Shown: positions 51,699-61,257 of the stretch, one piece after another | How positions within the stretch are numbered: position 1 is the stretch's first letter | How the letters are laid out: each line of letters begins with the position of its first letter | Source: an uncultured Verrucomicrobiota bacterium | GTDB taxonomy: Bacteria; Verrucomicrobiota; Kiritimatiellia; CAJWTS01 | Direction of reading: 5' to 3' | Assembly: GCA_913047795.1 (NCBI GenBank) | Contig: CAJWTS010000013.1 | Location: 4,060-68,059, forward strand | DNA length: 64,000 bases | The notes under the pieces: generated by a model | The model's input: only the letters and a program-made list of their open reading frames with translations | Told to the model about the DNA's origin: nothing | Database searches by the model: none | Program-made: the position numbers and the translations under genes

Positions 51699-53483
51699 TC
51701 ACGTCTCAAGGTGCGTGCGTTCGAGCATCTGGTTCAGGTTTTTGACAACCGCTTTCTCCTGGCGATCGCTGAGTTTCAAGATCTGCTTCAGGCCAAGGGC
51801 GAGATGCGGAATGTACAGCACCATGTAGTTACGCTTGCGCTCGACCTCTTCCTCGCGCTTGCGGCGACTGAGATAGACCGCGAGGCGCCGGCCGCATTCC
51901 TGCAGACCGTAAACGATTTCGCGAATGATTTCGGGATAATGCGCGACCGCCTCCTTGCTCTCGCTCGTGAACGGCACCCAAACACTCGCGATGTGCACCA
52001 TGATCACCATGGGGCCGACCGGCGGCGCGCCACGCGGCTGTGAGAGGCCGTAGGCCTTCCAGTTGACGTCGGTGCAGCCCTTGGTTATCGCGCAAGCGCC
52101 CCCCATGTACAGCAAGGGGACGCGATTGGCATAACGCATCAGACGCACAGGGTTATCCGCATTCAGATCCTCGTTCTCGCCCGGCTTGGCGTAGGCCAGC
52201 CCGACCTCAATTTGAAACGGATTGCCGCGGTAGACGGCCGGCGGGCGGGTTATCGCCGTATAGAAATCCGCGTTGATCTCTTTCTTAAGGCCCAACAGCA
52301 GCTGGTCTTCGCCGATCGGCGCCAGGCAATCGGTGGGCGGACGCATCAGCTTCGTGGCGTTGATCGCCCTGTAGAGCGCTTCGCTTTCCTGGTGGGCGAT
52401 CCGCGTCGGGTTGGCCTTCGGGTTCAACTTGGCGGCTTCGCAAATCTTCTGCGCCGTCTGGCTGCTGACCCGCGAGAAATCCTGTGCGAGGGCGGACCGC
52501 AGCGTGCGCGCCGTGCTGTCTTTCAAAATCTGGGCCAGCGTGCCGAGTTCGACGCCATGCGGATGCGGCTTGATTTCGTTGGGTTGATCCGGCAACTGCT
52601 TGCTGACCCGCTCGAAGAAGCTCCAGCCGACATCCGGGGCCGGAGCTTCCGGCGCAGCGGCTTTCTTTTTGCCGGTCTTCTTCGGCACCTCGTCATCTTT
52701 GCCGTTCGTGATCAGCCGAACGCGGTAGTAGGACTGCAGGTGCGGGTTGGCGATCGCACATTGCTTAAGGTACTCGTCGACGGACTGCTTGCCCCGAACG
52801 TAGGCCGCCTCCATCTCGATCGAGACGCAGGTTCCACGGCGAGCAACAATCGCCTTACCGGGCTTGCCGTCCCGCGACGGATAAAACTCCGGGCGCCAAT
52901 CGATCGGCTCGTCTTTCAAGATCGTGGGCTTGTTGCGCCTGGTATCCACCTGCACTTCGATGCAATGGGCGGTGCGGCCCACCTTGGAATAGATCCGGGT
53001 CGAACTGCCCGTGGTGAGTTGGCCATACATCCCGGCCGCACTGATGCCGATGCCCTGCTGTCCGCGAGACATGCGCAGGCGGTGAAACTTGGAACCATAT
53101 AGCAATTTGGCGAAGATCTGCGGGATCTGATTGCGCACAACGCCTGGCCCATTATCCGTCACCGACACACGAAAGCGCGTATCGCCCGTCTGTTCGATAT
53201 CAACGCTGACCTCGGGCAGCACGCCCGCCTCTTCGCAGGCGTCGAGCGCATTGTCCACCGCTTCCTTGACGGTTGTCAGTAGCGCGCGGCGCGGGTTGTC
53301 GAAGCCCAGCAGATGCCGGTTCTTCAGGAAAAACTCTGATACGGAAATGTCGCGCTGTTTCTTGCCGAGGGACTCGGCGGTCTCGACCGGCGCGCGACGG
53401 GTCGCGGCACGCGCGGCACCCTTGCCGGCCGCTTTCTTCGCCGGACGCGCCTTGCTTGATCGTGCCGCCTTCTTCTTCGCCAT
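51699..53483 (-). CDS. top6B: DNA topoisomerase VI subunit B
   Basis: SEFFLKN, KEAVDNALDA, DNGPG, GSKFH...SRGQQGIGIS, PHPHGV, RYANRVPL, VPFTSESKEA. Confidence 0.92.
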   Translation of the reverse strand: MAKKKAARSSKARPAKKAAGKGAARAATRRAPVETAESLGKKQRDISVSEFFLKNRHLLGFDNPRRALLTTVKEAVDNALDACEEAGVLPEVSVDIEQTGDTRFRVSVTDNGPGVVRNQIPQIFAKLLYGSKFHRLRMSRGQQGIGISAAGMYGQLTTGSSTRIYSKVGRTAHCIEVQVDTRRNKPTILKDEPIDWRPEFYPSRDGKPGKAIVARRGTCVSIEMEAAYVRGKQSVDEYLKQCAIANPHLQSYYRVRLITNGKDDEVPKKTGKKKAAAPEAPAPDVGWSFFERVSKQLPDQPNEIKPHPHGVELGTLAQILKDSTARTLRSALAQDFSRVSSQTAQKICEAAKLNPKANPTRIAHQESEALYRAINATKLMRPPTDCLAPIGEDQLLLGLKKEINADFYTAITRPPAVYRGNPFQIEVGLAYAKPGENEDLNADNPVRLMRYANRVPLLYMGGACAITKGCTDVNWKAYGLSQPRGAPPVGPMVIMVHIASVWVPFTSESKEAVAHYPEIIREIVYGLQECGRRLAVYLSRRKREEEVERKRNYMVLYIPHLALGLKQILKLSDRQEKAVVKNLNQMLERTHLET

Positions 53484-53740
53484 GGGCGAGTATTAGGACA
53501 AACGATGGCATGGTTCAAGATCACGTTTAGCCTGAGTCGTTCTTGCCGGCGGAAGGCCCACCAAAAGCCTTCTCGAATCGTCGTCGAGAGAACCTGCGCG
53601 CCGGGGCCAATACGTCCTTGCTGCGCCGGGGCAAACAATGGTTCTACACTTGCATTTGAGGCAAACTCGCATAGTCTGTGTCGCTGCTGATTAACTTCGC
53701 GCGCACGGCACCGATGAGGCACGACTCCACTAAAATTAGA

Positions 53741-54991
53741 ATGACGGCCATGCTGGCATTAAGCGCATGGCTAGGCTCCGGTGCAGCGCTCGAGGCGGCA
53801 TCCCTTGCCGAAATGGTTCGATCCAACGACGTGCGCGGGGTGAAGGCCCTGCTCAAGGAGGACAAGGCGTCCGTCTTGAAGGCGCGCACGGAGAGCGGAT
53901 CCACGCCCCTGCATTGGGCGGCCGCATACTACGCACACGATGTCACGGCCCTGCTCCTGAAGAGCGGATTCGATCCGGATATCCGGACCAACAATGGCTC
54001 GACCCCGTTACATTGGGCAGCCCGCCGCAACGCGGTTGACGTCGCCAGGGCCATAATTACTTACCGCGCGGACCTCAATGCACAGACGAAGAGCGGATCG
54101 ACACCGTTGCACTGGGCCGCCAACAAGAATGCCGCCGAGGTGGCGCGCCTTCTGGCGGTGCGCGGTGCGGACGTGTCCGTAAAGTCAAACAACGGGTTCA
54201 CGCCGCTTCACTGGGCGGCGCTCGCCGACGCCGAGGACGTGGCGCAGATCCTCGTTGCGGCCGGTGCAAACGTCAACGCGGTCTCGCAGGACGGAACGTC
54301 CCCCCTGCACTGGGCGGTGCGAACCAACGCGACGCGACTCGTGACTTTCCTGGTGGCAAACGGTGCCGACGGCACGGCAAAGACGATCCACGGCGTGACC
54401 CCGATGGACTGGGCGACCGACGCCACGATCCGCAAGGTGCTCGCCCGGTCCATTGTCCCGCGCCCGGCCGCCGCCGCAGACCCGGTTGGGCCGCCACGAT
54501 CCCTCCGCCTTCGGGGCGGTGCGACCTATACCGGTGACATCACGAAGAAACGACCACACGGCCGGGGCCGAATGAGCTATCCCGATGGCGAATTGTACGA
54601 CGGCGACTGGCACGAGGGCGAGCGGCAGGGGCAGGGCGTGCAACGGTTTGCCGACGGTAGCGTCTACGAGGGCGAGTGGCGCGATGACAAGCGCGAGGGG
54701 AAGGGAGTCTATCGTTTCTCCAACGGGGACATTTATCAGGGCGCCTGGCGCGATGACAAGAGAGCCGGCCGCGGTGCCTACACCTTCGCAAATGGGGACA
54801 TTATCGAAGGAATATGGAAGCGCAACCGACTGGTGCGCGGATGGGGCAGGTATACGTTCGCGAGCGGCGCCACGTACGATGGTCAGTGGGCGGACGATCA
54901 ACTGAACGGCCAGGGCACCTACGTTATGCCGGATGGACGAGAGCAGGCCGGGGTCTGGAAGAAGAACCGCTTTCGGCCGCCCGCCAACTGA
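53741..54991 (+). CDS. Secreted ankyrin-repeat plus MORN-repeat protein
   Basis: Five (T/S)PLHWA repeats plus a degenerate sixth, then YxGxW...GxG repeats; signal peptide. Start uncertain (53714 or 53741). Confidence 0.88.
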   Translation: MTAMLALSAWLGSGAALEAASLAEMVRSNDVRGVKALLKEDKASVLKARTESGSTPLHWAAAYYAHDVTALLLKSGFDPDIRTNNGSTPLHWAARRNAVDVARAIITYRADLNAQTKSGSTPLHWAANKNAAEVARLLAVRGADVSVKSNNGFTPLHWAALADAEDVAQILVAAGANVNAVSQDGTSPLHWAVRTNATRLVTFLVANGADGTAKTIHGVTPMDWATDATIRKVLARSIVPRPAAAADPVGPPRSLRLRGGATYTGDITKKRPHGRGRMSYPDGELYDGDWHEGERQGQGVQRFADGSVYEGEWRDDKREGKGVYRFSNGDIYQGAWRDDKRAGRGAYTFANGDIIEGIWKRNRLVRGWGRYTFASGATYDGQWADDQLNGQGTYVMPDGREQAGVWKKNRFRPPAN

Positions 54992-55034
54992 ACACGGCCG
55001 GCTAACATTCCTTCCGCGTCCATCCGTGGCAATC

Positions 55035-57563
55035 ATGAAGGAAAAGTATCCATACGCTGAAATCGAGACTCGCTGGCAGTCATATTGGGCCGACGAGCGA
55101 CTCTTCGAGATCGACGAGTCCGACACATCCGACAAGTCCTACTGCCTGATGATGTTTCCCTACCCCTCGGCCGCGCTGCACGTGGGGCACGGTCGCAACT
55201 ACATCATCGGGGATGTGGTTGCGCGCTATAAGATGATGCGTGGCATGCGCGTGCTGACACCCATGGGCTGGGACGCCTTTGGATTGCCGGCGGAGAATGC
55301 GGCGATCAGCACCGGCACGCACCCGCGGGTCAGCACCCTGGCCAACATCGAGCGCATGAAGGAACAATTGACCTCGTGGGGCGTATGCTACGACTGGCCA
55401 CGCGAGGTGGCCTCTTGCATGCCGGACTACTACCGCTGGACCCAGTGGCTCTTCTTGAAACTTTACGAGCGCGAGCTCGCCTATCGCGCCACCGCGCCGG
55501 TGAACTGGTGTCCGTCCTGCGCAACGGTCCTGGCCAACGAACAGGTTGTCGATGGCGCCTGCGAGCGCTGCGAAGCGCCGGTCGAGGAAAAAGAACTCGA
55601 GCAATGGTTCTTCAAGATCACCGCCTACGCGCAGCGGCTACTGGACGATCTCGACAAACTTCAGGGCTGGCCCGCAAAGGTACGTACCATGCAGGCAAAT
55701 TGGATCGGCCGCAGTGTCGGCACCCTGGTCGAGTTCGCGCTGGTACCACGTGCGGACGGGCGGCCCGATGACGACGACGACGTGCCCTGCTACACAACCC
55801 GCGTCGACACCATCTTCGGTTGCACCTATATGACCGTCGCGCCCGAATACCCGGGGCTGGCGCAGCTGGTCGAGGGGCTACCGGAACAGGACGCGGTGTC
55901 CGCCTTCGTCGCAAAGGCGCGCCGGGTATCCCGCGCTGATCGCATCACGGACGCCGTGGAAAAGGAAGGCGTCTTCACCGGGCGACAGGTGATCAATCCC
56001 TATACCGGCAACCCGGTGCCACTCTGGGTCGGGAACTACGTTCTAATGGAATACGGCACCGGTGCCGTGATGGCCGTGCCGGCCCACGATACACGCGACT
56101 GGGAATTTGCACACGCCTACGACCTTCCGATTCGGCTGTCGATTCAAAACGAATCCCAGGACCTTGATCTGGACCGAATGGACGCCGCCTACGTCGAGGC
56201 CGGCACAACCACGAACTCCGGCCCGTTCACCGGACTCGCGAGTCGCGAAGCGATAGCGAAAATGACGGAGCACGCCCTAGCCAAAGGGTTCGGGAAAGCC
56301 ATGGAGCACTATCGTTTGCGCGACTGGCTCATCAGCCGCCAACGCTACTGGGGCGCACCGATTCCGATTGTCTATTGCGATTCCTGTGGCACGGTACCCG
56401 TTCCGGAGGATCAACTGCCCGTCCTCTTGCCGGAAGAAGTCGCTTTCAAGCCGACGGGTGAGTCACCTCTCGCCGCCTGCGACGACTTCATGCAGGTGAA
56501 ATGCCCGACCTGTGGCGCCCCCGCGCGGCGCGAGAGCGATACAATGGATACCTTCGTGGACTCGAGTTGGTACTTCCTGCGCTACCTGTCCCCGAACGAT
56601 GAATCGCGGGCGTTCGACCCCGAGGTCGCCAACAACTGGATGCCCGTGGATCAGTATATCGGCGGCGTGGAACATGCGATCCTGCACCTGCTCTATTCCC
56701 GCTTCTTCACCAAGGCCCTGCACGATATGGATCTCGTCGCGTTCGATGAGCCGTTCGAGCATCTCTTTACACAGGGCATGATCCAGAAGCGCAACGAGGA
56801 CGATGGCCAACTTTATAAGATGTCCAAATCGAAGGGCAACGTCGTCAGCCCGGACGAACTGATCCGCGACTACGGGGCCGATACCGTACGCTTATACACG
56901 CTTTTTATCGGGCCTCCCGAGAAGGATGCGGAATGGACCGACCAGGGCATCGAAGGGCCCTCGCGTTTTCTGCGCCGTGTCTGGCGCCGCGCCTACCAAC
57001 AGCGGGAGCGGCTGATCGCGGCGCGATCGGAGACGGTCGACGTGGACTCGATGTCACCCGCCGCGCGCGACCTGCACCGCAAGGTCCACGAGACGATCCA
57101 ACTTGTCACGCGGGATATGGAAGGCGACTTCCATTTCAACTCGGCGGTCGCGCACTTGATGGACCTCATGAACGCCATCGACGGCTGTGGCGTCGATGGC
57201 GACGCTCCGTCGCCGACGGACGCCGTGTATCGCGAAGCTTTCGAGACGCTTGTCATCCTGCTATCCCCGTTCACCCCGCACATCTGCGAAGAGCTCTGGG
57301 AGCAACTGGGAAACGCGCCCAGCGTGCTCGCGGCCGACTGGCCCGCCGTGAACGAAGCGGCACTCGCGCGGGACACGGTGGAAATCGTGGTCCAGGTCAA
57401 CGGCAAGCTGCGCGCCCGGCTGGAGGTTCGTGCCGATCTCGACCAGGAAGCCCTGGAAGCCTCGGTACGCGCGATGCCGGAGGTCGCGAAACACACGGCC
57501 GGCAAAGACATCCGCCGCGTCGTGATCGTGCCGAACAAACTCGCGAACGTCGTCGCGGGGTGA
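55035..57563 (+). CDS. leuS: Leucine--tRNA ligase
   Basis: [38 protein letters not shown]. Confidence 0.97.
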   Translation: MKEKYPYAEIETRWQSYWADERLFEIDESDTSDKSYCLMMFPYPSAALHVGHGRNYIIGDVVARYKMMRGMRVLTPMGWDAFGLPAENAAISTGTHPRVSTLANIERMKEQLTSWGVCYDWPREVASCMPDYYRWTQWLFLKLYERELAYRATAPVNWCPSCATVLANEQVVDGACERCEAPVEEKELEQWFFKITAYAQRLLDDLDKLQGWPAKVRTMQANWIGRSVGTLVEFALVPRADGRPDDDDDVPCYTTRVDTIFGCTYMTVAPEYPGLAQLVEGLPEQDAVSAFVAKARRVSRADRITDAVEKEGVFTGRQVINPYTGNPVPLWVGNYVLMEYGTGAVMAVPAHDTRDWEFAHAYDLPIRLSIQNESQDLDLDRMDAAYVEAGTTTNSGPFTGLASREAIAKMTEHALAKGFGKAMEHYRLRDWLISRQRYWGAPIPIVYCDSCGTVPVPEDQLPVLLPEEVAFKPTGESPLAACDDFMQVKCPTCGAPARRESDTMDTFVDSSWYFLRYLSPNDESRAFDPEVANNWMPVDQYIGGVEHAILHLLYSRFFTKALHDMDLVAFDEPFEHLFTQGMIQKRNEDDGQLYKMSKSKGNVVSPDELIRDYGADTVRLYTLFIGPPEKDAEWTDQGIEGPSRFLRRVWRRAYQQRERLIAARSETVDVDSMSPAARDLHRKVHETIQLVTRDMEGDFHFNSAVAHLMDLMNAIDGCGVDGDAPSPTDAVYREAFETLVILLSPFTPHICEELWEQLGNAPSVLAADWPAVNEAALARDTVEIVVQVNGKLRARLEVRADLDQEALEASVRAMPEVAKHTAGKDIRRVVIVPNKLANVVAG

Positions 57564-57565
57564 AC

Positions 57566-57751
57566 ATGGCGGACCGTCCCTCGCCGTTTGGCTCCGTCAT
57601 CCGCGCCTGGTTTGGCCTGACGGCGCGCGAACAGCAGGCGATCATACTGGTTACCGCACTCGCGATCCTGGGCCTGCTGGTCCGCCATTGGCATCTGTCC
57701 CGGGCGACCGACGATCCCGTCGCGATTGAGCAGGATTCCGTCGGCGGGTAA
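57566..57751 (+). CDS. Small single-TM protein (ComEA N-terminus-like)
   Basis: ATG 2 bp after the leuS stop; WFGLTAREQQAIILV...LGLLVR. Confidence 0.55.
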   Translation: MADRPSPFGSVIRAWFGLTAREQQAIILVTALAILGLLVRHWHLSRATDDPVAIEQDSVGG

Positions 57752-57766
57752 CCCCTCGCTTCCAAC

Positions 57767-57795
57767 TTGCAATACCTCGTGTCACGGGGTATTAT
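57767..57795 (+). promoter_or_regulatory. Sigma-70 promoter
   Basis: TTGCAA-17 bp-TATTAT, 10 bp upstream of ATG 57806 (near-leaderless). Confidence 0.65.
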
Positions 57796-57805
57796 TGATT
57801 CTGTA

Positions 57806-58582
57806 ATGACTCGCACACGTTCCAGCTTCCGGCCTGCCGTGCTACTCAGCGTTATGTTCGCGTCGGTCCTTACCGCGTCCGCGCGTCAGGCGTTCGATCA
57901 CTATCGTATTATCCTGCAGCGGCAGCCCTTCGGGAGGATGGCGAAACCAGCACCGCCGCGGGCGGCACCGACACCAGCACCGCCGAGACAGGTCGCCCCT
58001 CTTCCGACGCCACAATGGGCCCCGACATTGAAGCTCTTTGCGATCGAGAAAAAGAAGCGCGGTACTATCAAGGTGGGACTGCGTGACACCAAGACCAAGC
58101 GCACGTATTTCATCAGTGTCGGCGAAGCAGACGACTTCTATGTGATCGAAGCCGACTACGCGGGCGGCAAGGCGTTGATCGAGAAGGAAGGCCGCGAGTA
58201 CTGGTACAATCTCGACGGCACGTTCTACGAGAAAGGCAGCGACCCCGAAAACGCGAAGGCCGTCAAGGGTGCCTCGACAAGTGCTGCGCGGAAACCGCCC
58301 GGACGAGTGGTGCGATCGCCCGGCGTCGGAGGCGGAGGAATGACAAAGAAGGAGCTTGAGAAGCGCCGTCGACGTCTCGCGGGACGTGACAAGACGAATT
58401 ACATTAAGAAGACGGAACCGCCGGAAATCAGGGGCGCGGTACTTGATCAACACCTGAAAAATTACCAGATGGACCTGATTCGGGCGGGAGGATCCAAGGG
58501 GCCACCCCTTCCCATACCCCTGACCGATGAAATGGACCGGCAATTGGTGGACGAAGGAGTTCTGCCTCCCCTGTCCGATTAG
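57806..58582 (+). CDS. Exported hypothetical protein (T2SS GspC/PilP-like)
   Basis: Signal/TM, YRIILQRQPFG, Pro-rich linker, beta domain (ISVGE...IEADY), YQMDLIR..GPPLPIPLT. Confidence 0.55.
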   Translation: MTRTRSSFRPAVLLSVMFASVLTASARQAFDHYRIILQRQPFGRMAKPAPPRAAPTPAPPRQVAPLPTPQWAPTLKLFAIEKKKRGTIKVGLRDTKTKRTYFISVGEADDFYVIEADYAGGKALIEKEGREYWYNLDGTFYEKGSDPENAKAVKGASTSAARKPPGRVVRSPGVGGGGMTKKELEKRRRRLAGRDKTNYIKKTEPPEIRGAVLDQHLKNYQMDLIRAGGSKGPPLPIPLTDEMDRQLVDEGVLPPLSD

Positions 58583-58745
58583 ATAAAACTGGCAAAACAA
58601 CCGCATTTAGCCGGATATTGGCCAGAATCGCCATGTGACATTTCTGCGATATAAGGCTTGCCGAGAGCGGGGTAACGTGGGATAGTTTACGCAGATATGG
58701 GGAAAAGTTCGTAGAACTGTATCAAAATTATTTGGGATCAAGGGG

Positions 58746-58774
58746 TTGACGCGTAGGTGCAGGTACGATATCCT
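58746..58774 (+). promoter_or_regulatory. Sigma-70 promoter
   Basis: TTGACG-17 bp-TATCCT in an AT-rich intergenic region, with a strong RBS aggagg downstream. Confidence 0.6.
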
Positions 58775-58812
58775 ATAGTTCGGTTCAAAGTAGTAAAAGG
58801 TACACAGGAGGA

Positions 58813-59628
58813 ATGAAAATGGGGCGTAAGATTAGTGTAATTCTGTTGGCGGTCTGTCTTGTCACTGCGTTTTCCGTACACGCGGCTGATACAGTCTATA
58901 GTAAGAATGCGGTTGGATTTGGGAAGACGATGATTCAGCCTGGAGACTTTGCGCTCTGCTCACCGGGCTTCGAGGGAATGGCGAGCCAGAATGTTCAGGA
59001 AGTATTGAAAGACCAGATGACCAAGGGCTTCACGAGCTCGACTGGAGATAACTGCTTGCTCTGGGACTCGGTAAGCCAGACATATATCACGCTCTACAAG
59101 ATCGATACTGGCGGCTTCATCCCGGAGATCGACGATAAGTGGGTGGTTGCCGGTGGTGGCGGTACGCCGCCGCTAGCATCGAACGAGCTTGCAGTCGGCT
59201 CTGCCTTCTGGCTGATCAACAACCAGGCATCAGCGCAGGAAGTCTGCCTGAAAGGTGATGTGCCTGTTGCGCCAACGGGAACCGTTGAAATTGTTGAAGG
59301 GTTCAACTTCATCTCGTATCCGTTCGCCGCGGACATCGGCCTCAATGACAGCGACCTCGCCGCGGACGGCGCCGCGAAGGGATTCACATCCTCGACGGCA
59401 GATCAGGTCCTTGAATGGGATCAGGACGCACAGGCCTATAACGTCTACTTCCGGCTCGACACAGGTGGTTTCGTCCCCGTTATCGACGGCAAGTGGGTTC
59501 TCTCCGGCGGTGGCGGCACGCCTACGTTGGCCTCGAATTCGCTCACGCTTGCTCGCGGTTACTTCTACAATCGCCTAGCCGGCGAAGGAACGCTCACCTG
59601 GGACGAAGTCAAGCCGTACAATCTCTGA
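58813..59628 (+). CDS. Secreted protein with N-terminal VYSxNAVG motif and internal domain duplication
   Basis: Signal peptide (VHA/A); KGFTSSTxD...DTGGF.P.ID.KWV..GGGGTP.LASN.L occurs twice. Confidence 0.85.
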   Translation: MKMGRKISVILLAVCLVTAFSVHAADTVYSKNAVGFGKTMIQPGDFALCSPGFEGMASQNVQEVLKDQMTKGFTSSTGDNCLLWDSVSQTYITLYKIDTGGFIPEIDDKWVVAGGGGTPPLASNELAVGSAFWLINNQASAQEVCLKGDVPVAPTGTVEIVEGFNFISYPFAADIGLNDSDLAADGAAKGFTSSTADQVLEWDQDAQAYNVYFRLDTGGFVPVIDGKWVLSGGGGTPTLASNSLTLARGYFYNRLAGEGTLTWDEVKPYNL

Positions 59629-59668
59629 GAGGGACTAATTGCCGCCACACACAAAAGGGGAACTAAAG

Positions 59669-60319
59669 ATGCGAACTAACCGAGTAAAAGTAGTCCTGAT
59701 GGCACTTGGCGTGGCATCCATGACGACATCTTTAGTATACGCGGGGACATTAAGTGCCGCTGTGAGCCCTGGCTTCGGCGGCGGCGGAATCTATAACAGT
59801 GCTGGCAGCGGAGATTCCGCGAACTTGGTTCCGGCCAACAATCTCAGTAATCCTCAAGCCGGTGGTTTTATCCAGATTATCTCCGACGGATCGGCCAACG
59901 GGATTGGCGCGGCAGACGCCGGTGCTTCCGACGGCTTAGCAAACCCCGGTGACGACGTTGTTTTGGCGACGCTATGGGCGGGCTTCGGAACATTTGATGG
60001 AACGGCTTGGTACAGCGGCGCGGGAGCCGTCAGCCCGTTGATCGACGACGGACTCACGATCGTATTTCGTCACTGGGACACCGCCTCGCCCGACCAAACG
60101 GGCAATTCAGATGGAAGTATTCCCTCCGTCGGCGCGTACTATGACGACACCGTCGTGGTGCTGAGCGGCGGTAGCGGCTTCTTCACCGTGAATGTCACCA
60201 CCGAAGAGGGTGGAGCGATTGTCACATCGACCCAACTGGTTCCGGAACCCACGTCAATTGCTCTCTTTGCTCTCGGTCTCGCCATCGTGGGCCTGCGTCG
60301 ACGCGCCCAGCGCCCCTGA
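59669..60319 (+). CDS. PEP-CTERM sorting domain protein
   Basis: Signal peptide; C-terminal VPEPTSIALFALGLAIVGLRRR. Confidence 0.92.
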   Translation: MRTNRVKVVLMALGVASMTTSLVYAGTLSAAVSPGFGGGGIYNSAGSGDSANLVPANNLSNPQAGGFIQIISDGSANGIGAADAGASDGLANPGDDVVLATLWAGFGTFDGTAWYSGAGAVSPLIDDGLTIVFRHWDTASPDQTGNSDGSIPSVGAYYDDTVVVLSGGSGFFTVNVTTEEGGAIVTSTQLVPEPTSIALFALGLAIVGLRRRAQRP

Positions 60320-60340
60320 GTACCACTACGATTGAACTTT

Positions 60341-60370
60341 GAAGCCCCGATCACCCGGTCGGGGCTTTTT
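60341..60370 (+). terminator. Intrinsic terminator
   Basis: aagccccgatc-accc-ggtcggggctt followed by ttt. Confidence 0.85.
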
Positions 60371-60377
60371 ACTATCT

Positions 60378-61049
60378 ATGCCAAATGATCACATAACGCC
60401 GCGCATCGCTCGGTGGGTTTGCCTGGCCCTGATCGTTCTGGCCCTACCCCGCATCGCCCGGTCATCCGACGGCACGGGAACGGTCGCCTTCCTGACGAGT
60501 GGGGCCATGCCAAGCGGACTCGTCGAACGCGTGCAGATACACCTGGGACTCAATCTCGGCATAAGCATCCGTCCTGTTGCCTCACCGAACGAACCCGTGC
60601 ACGAGTTCGACGCCGCGGCGGAGGCATGGACGAAGTTGCGGGTTCCACGTGATCATTGTCTGATTGCGCTCGTCACTCCCGCCACAGCGACGAACCTTCG
60701 GGGCCGCGTCTACTTCAACGAGAGCGTCGGCATTCTGAACGTTCAGCATCTGGCTACCATCAAGCCTCACATCAAGGATCTTTCGATCGAGGAGCACATC
60801 GTTCGACGAGTCGAAAAAGAAGCGATGCGAGCGGTCGGGCTACTGCTCGGCATGCAAGCATGCCCAAGCGTCCGGTGCGCCATGAGAACGCCGGCTGGGG
60901 CGTCCGAACTCGACAACAAAGGCCGCAACTACTGTCCGCCCTGCTGGGCTCAATCGATGCGGATCACCGGCGTCGATCTCCAGGAACGCAACAGGCGGAT
61001 GTTCGAAGGCAACGGAATTGCGCCCGACCAGAAGAAAAGCCCACGGTGA
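60378..61049 (+). CDS. Archaemetzincin (M54)-like protein lacking catalytic residues
   Basis: RRVEKEAMRAVGLLLGMQAC followed by Cx4CxM...CPPC. Confidence 0.65.
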   Translation: MPNDHITPRIARWVCLALIVLALPRIARSSDGTGTVAFLTSGAMPSGLVERVQIHLGLNLGISIRPVASPNEPVHEFDAAAEAWTKLRVPRDHCLIALVTPATATNLRGRVYFNESVGILNVQHLATIKPHIKDLSIEEHIVRRVEKEAMRAVGLLLGMQACPSVRCAMRTPAGASELDNKGRNYCPPCWAQSMRITGVDLQERNRRMFEGNGIAPDQKKSPR

Positions 61050-61257
61050 CAGCGCCGCCCCGGTCCGGACCGCGACACGTGACCGGTTGCGGCAGCTCAA
61101 GCGCAGCGGCGGTCATTCCCTTCCCGTGCTGCCGACTATGTTCCAGGTAACTCGTCGGCGAAACGTGTAAGAAGCAGCGCCGGCTGCGTTTGGTCGTTTG
61201 ATCTTGTCCCAACAGCGCAACTGCGATATCAGCACATCTATCATGGAATTCTACGCT

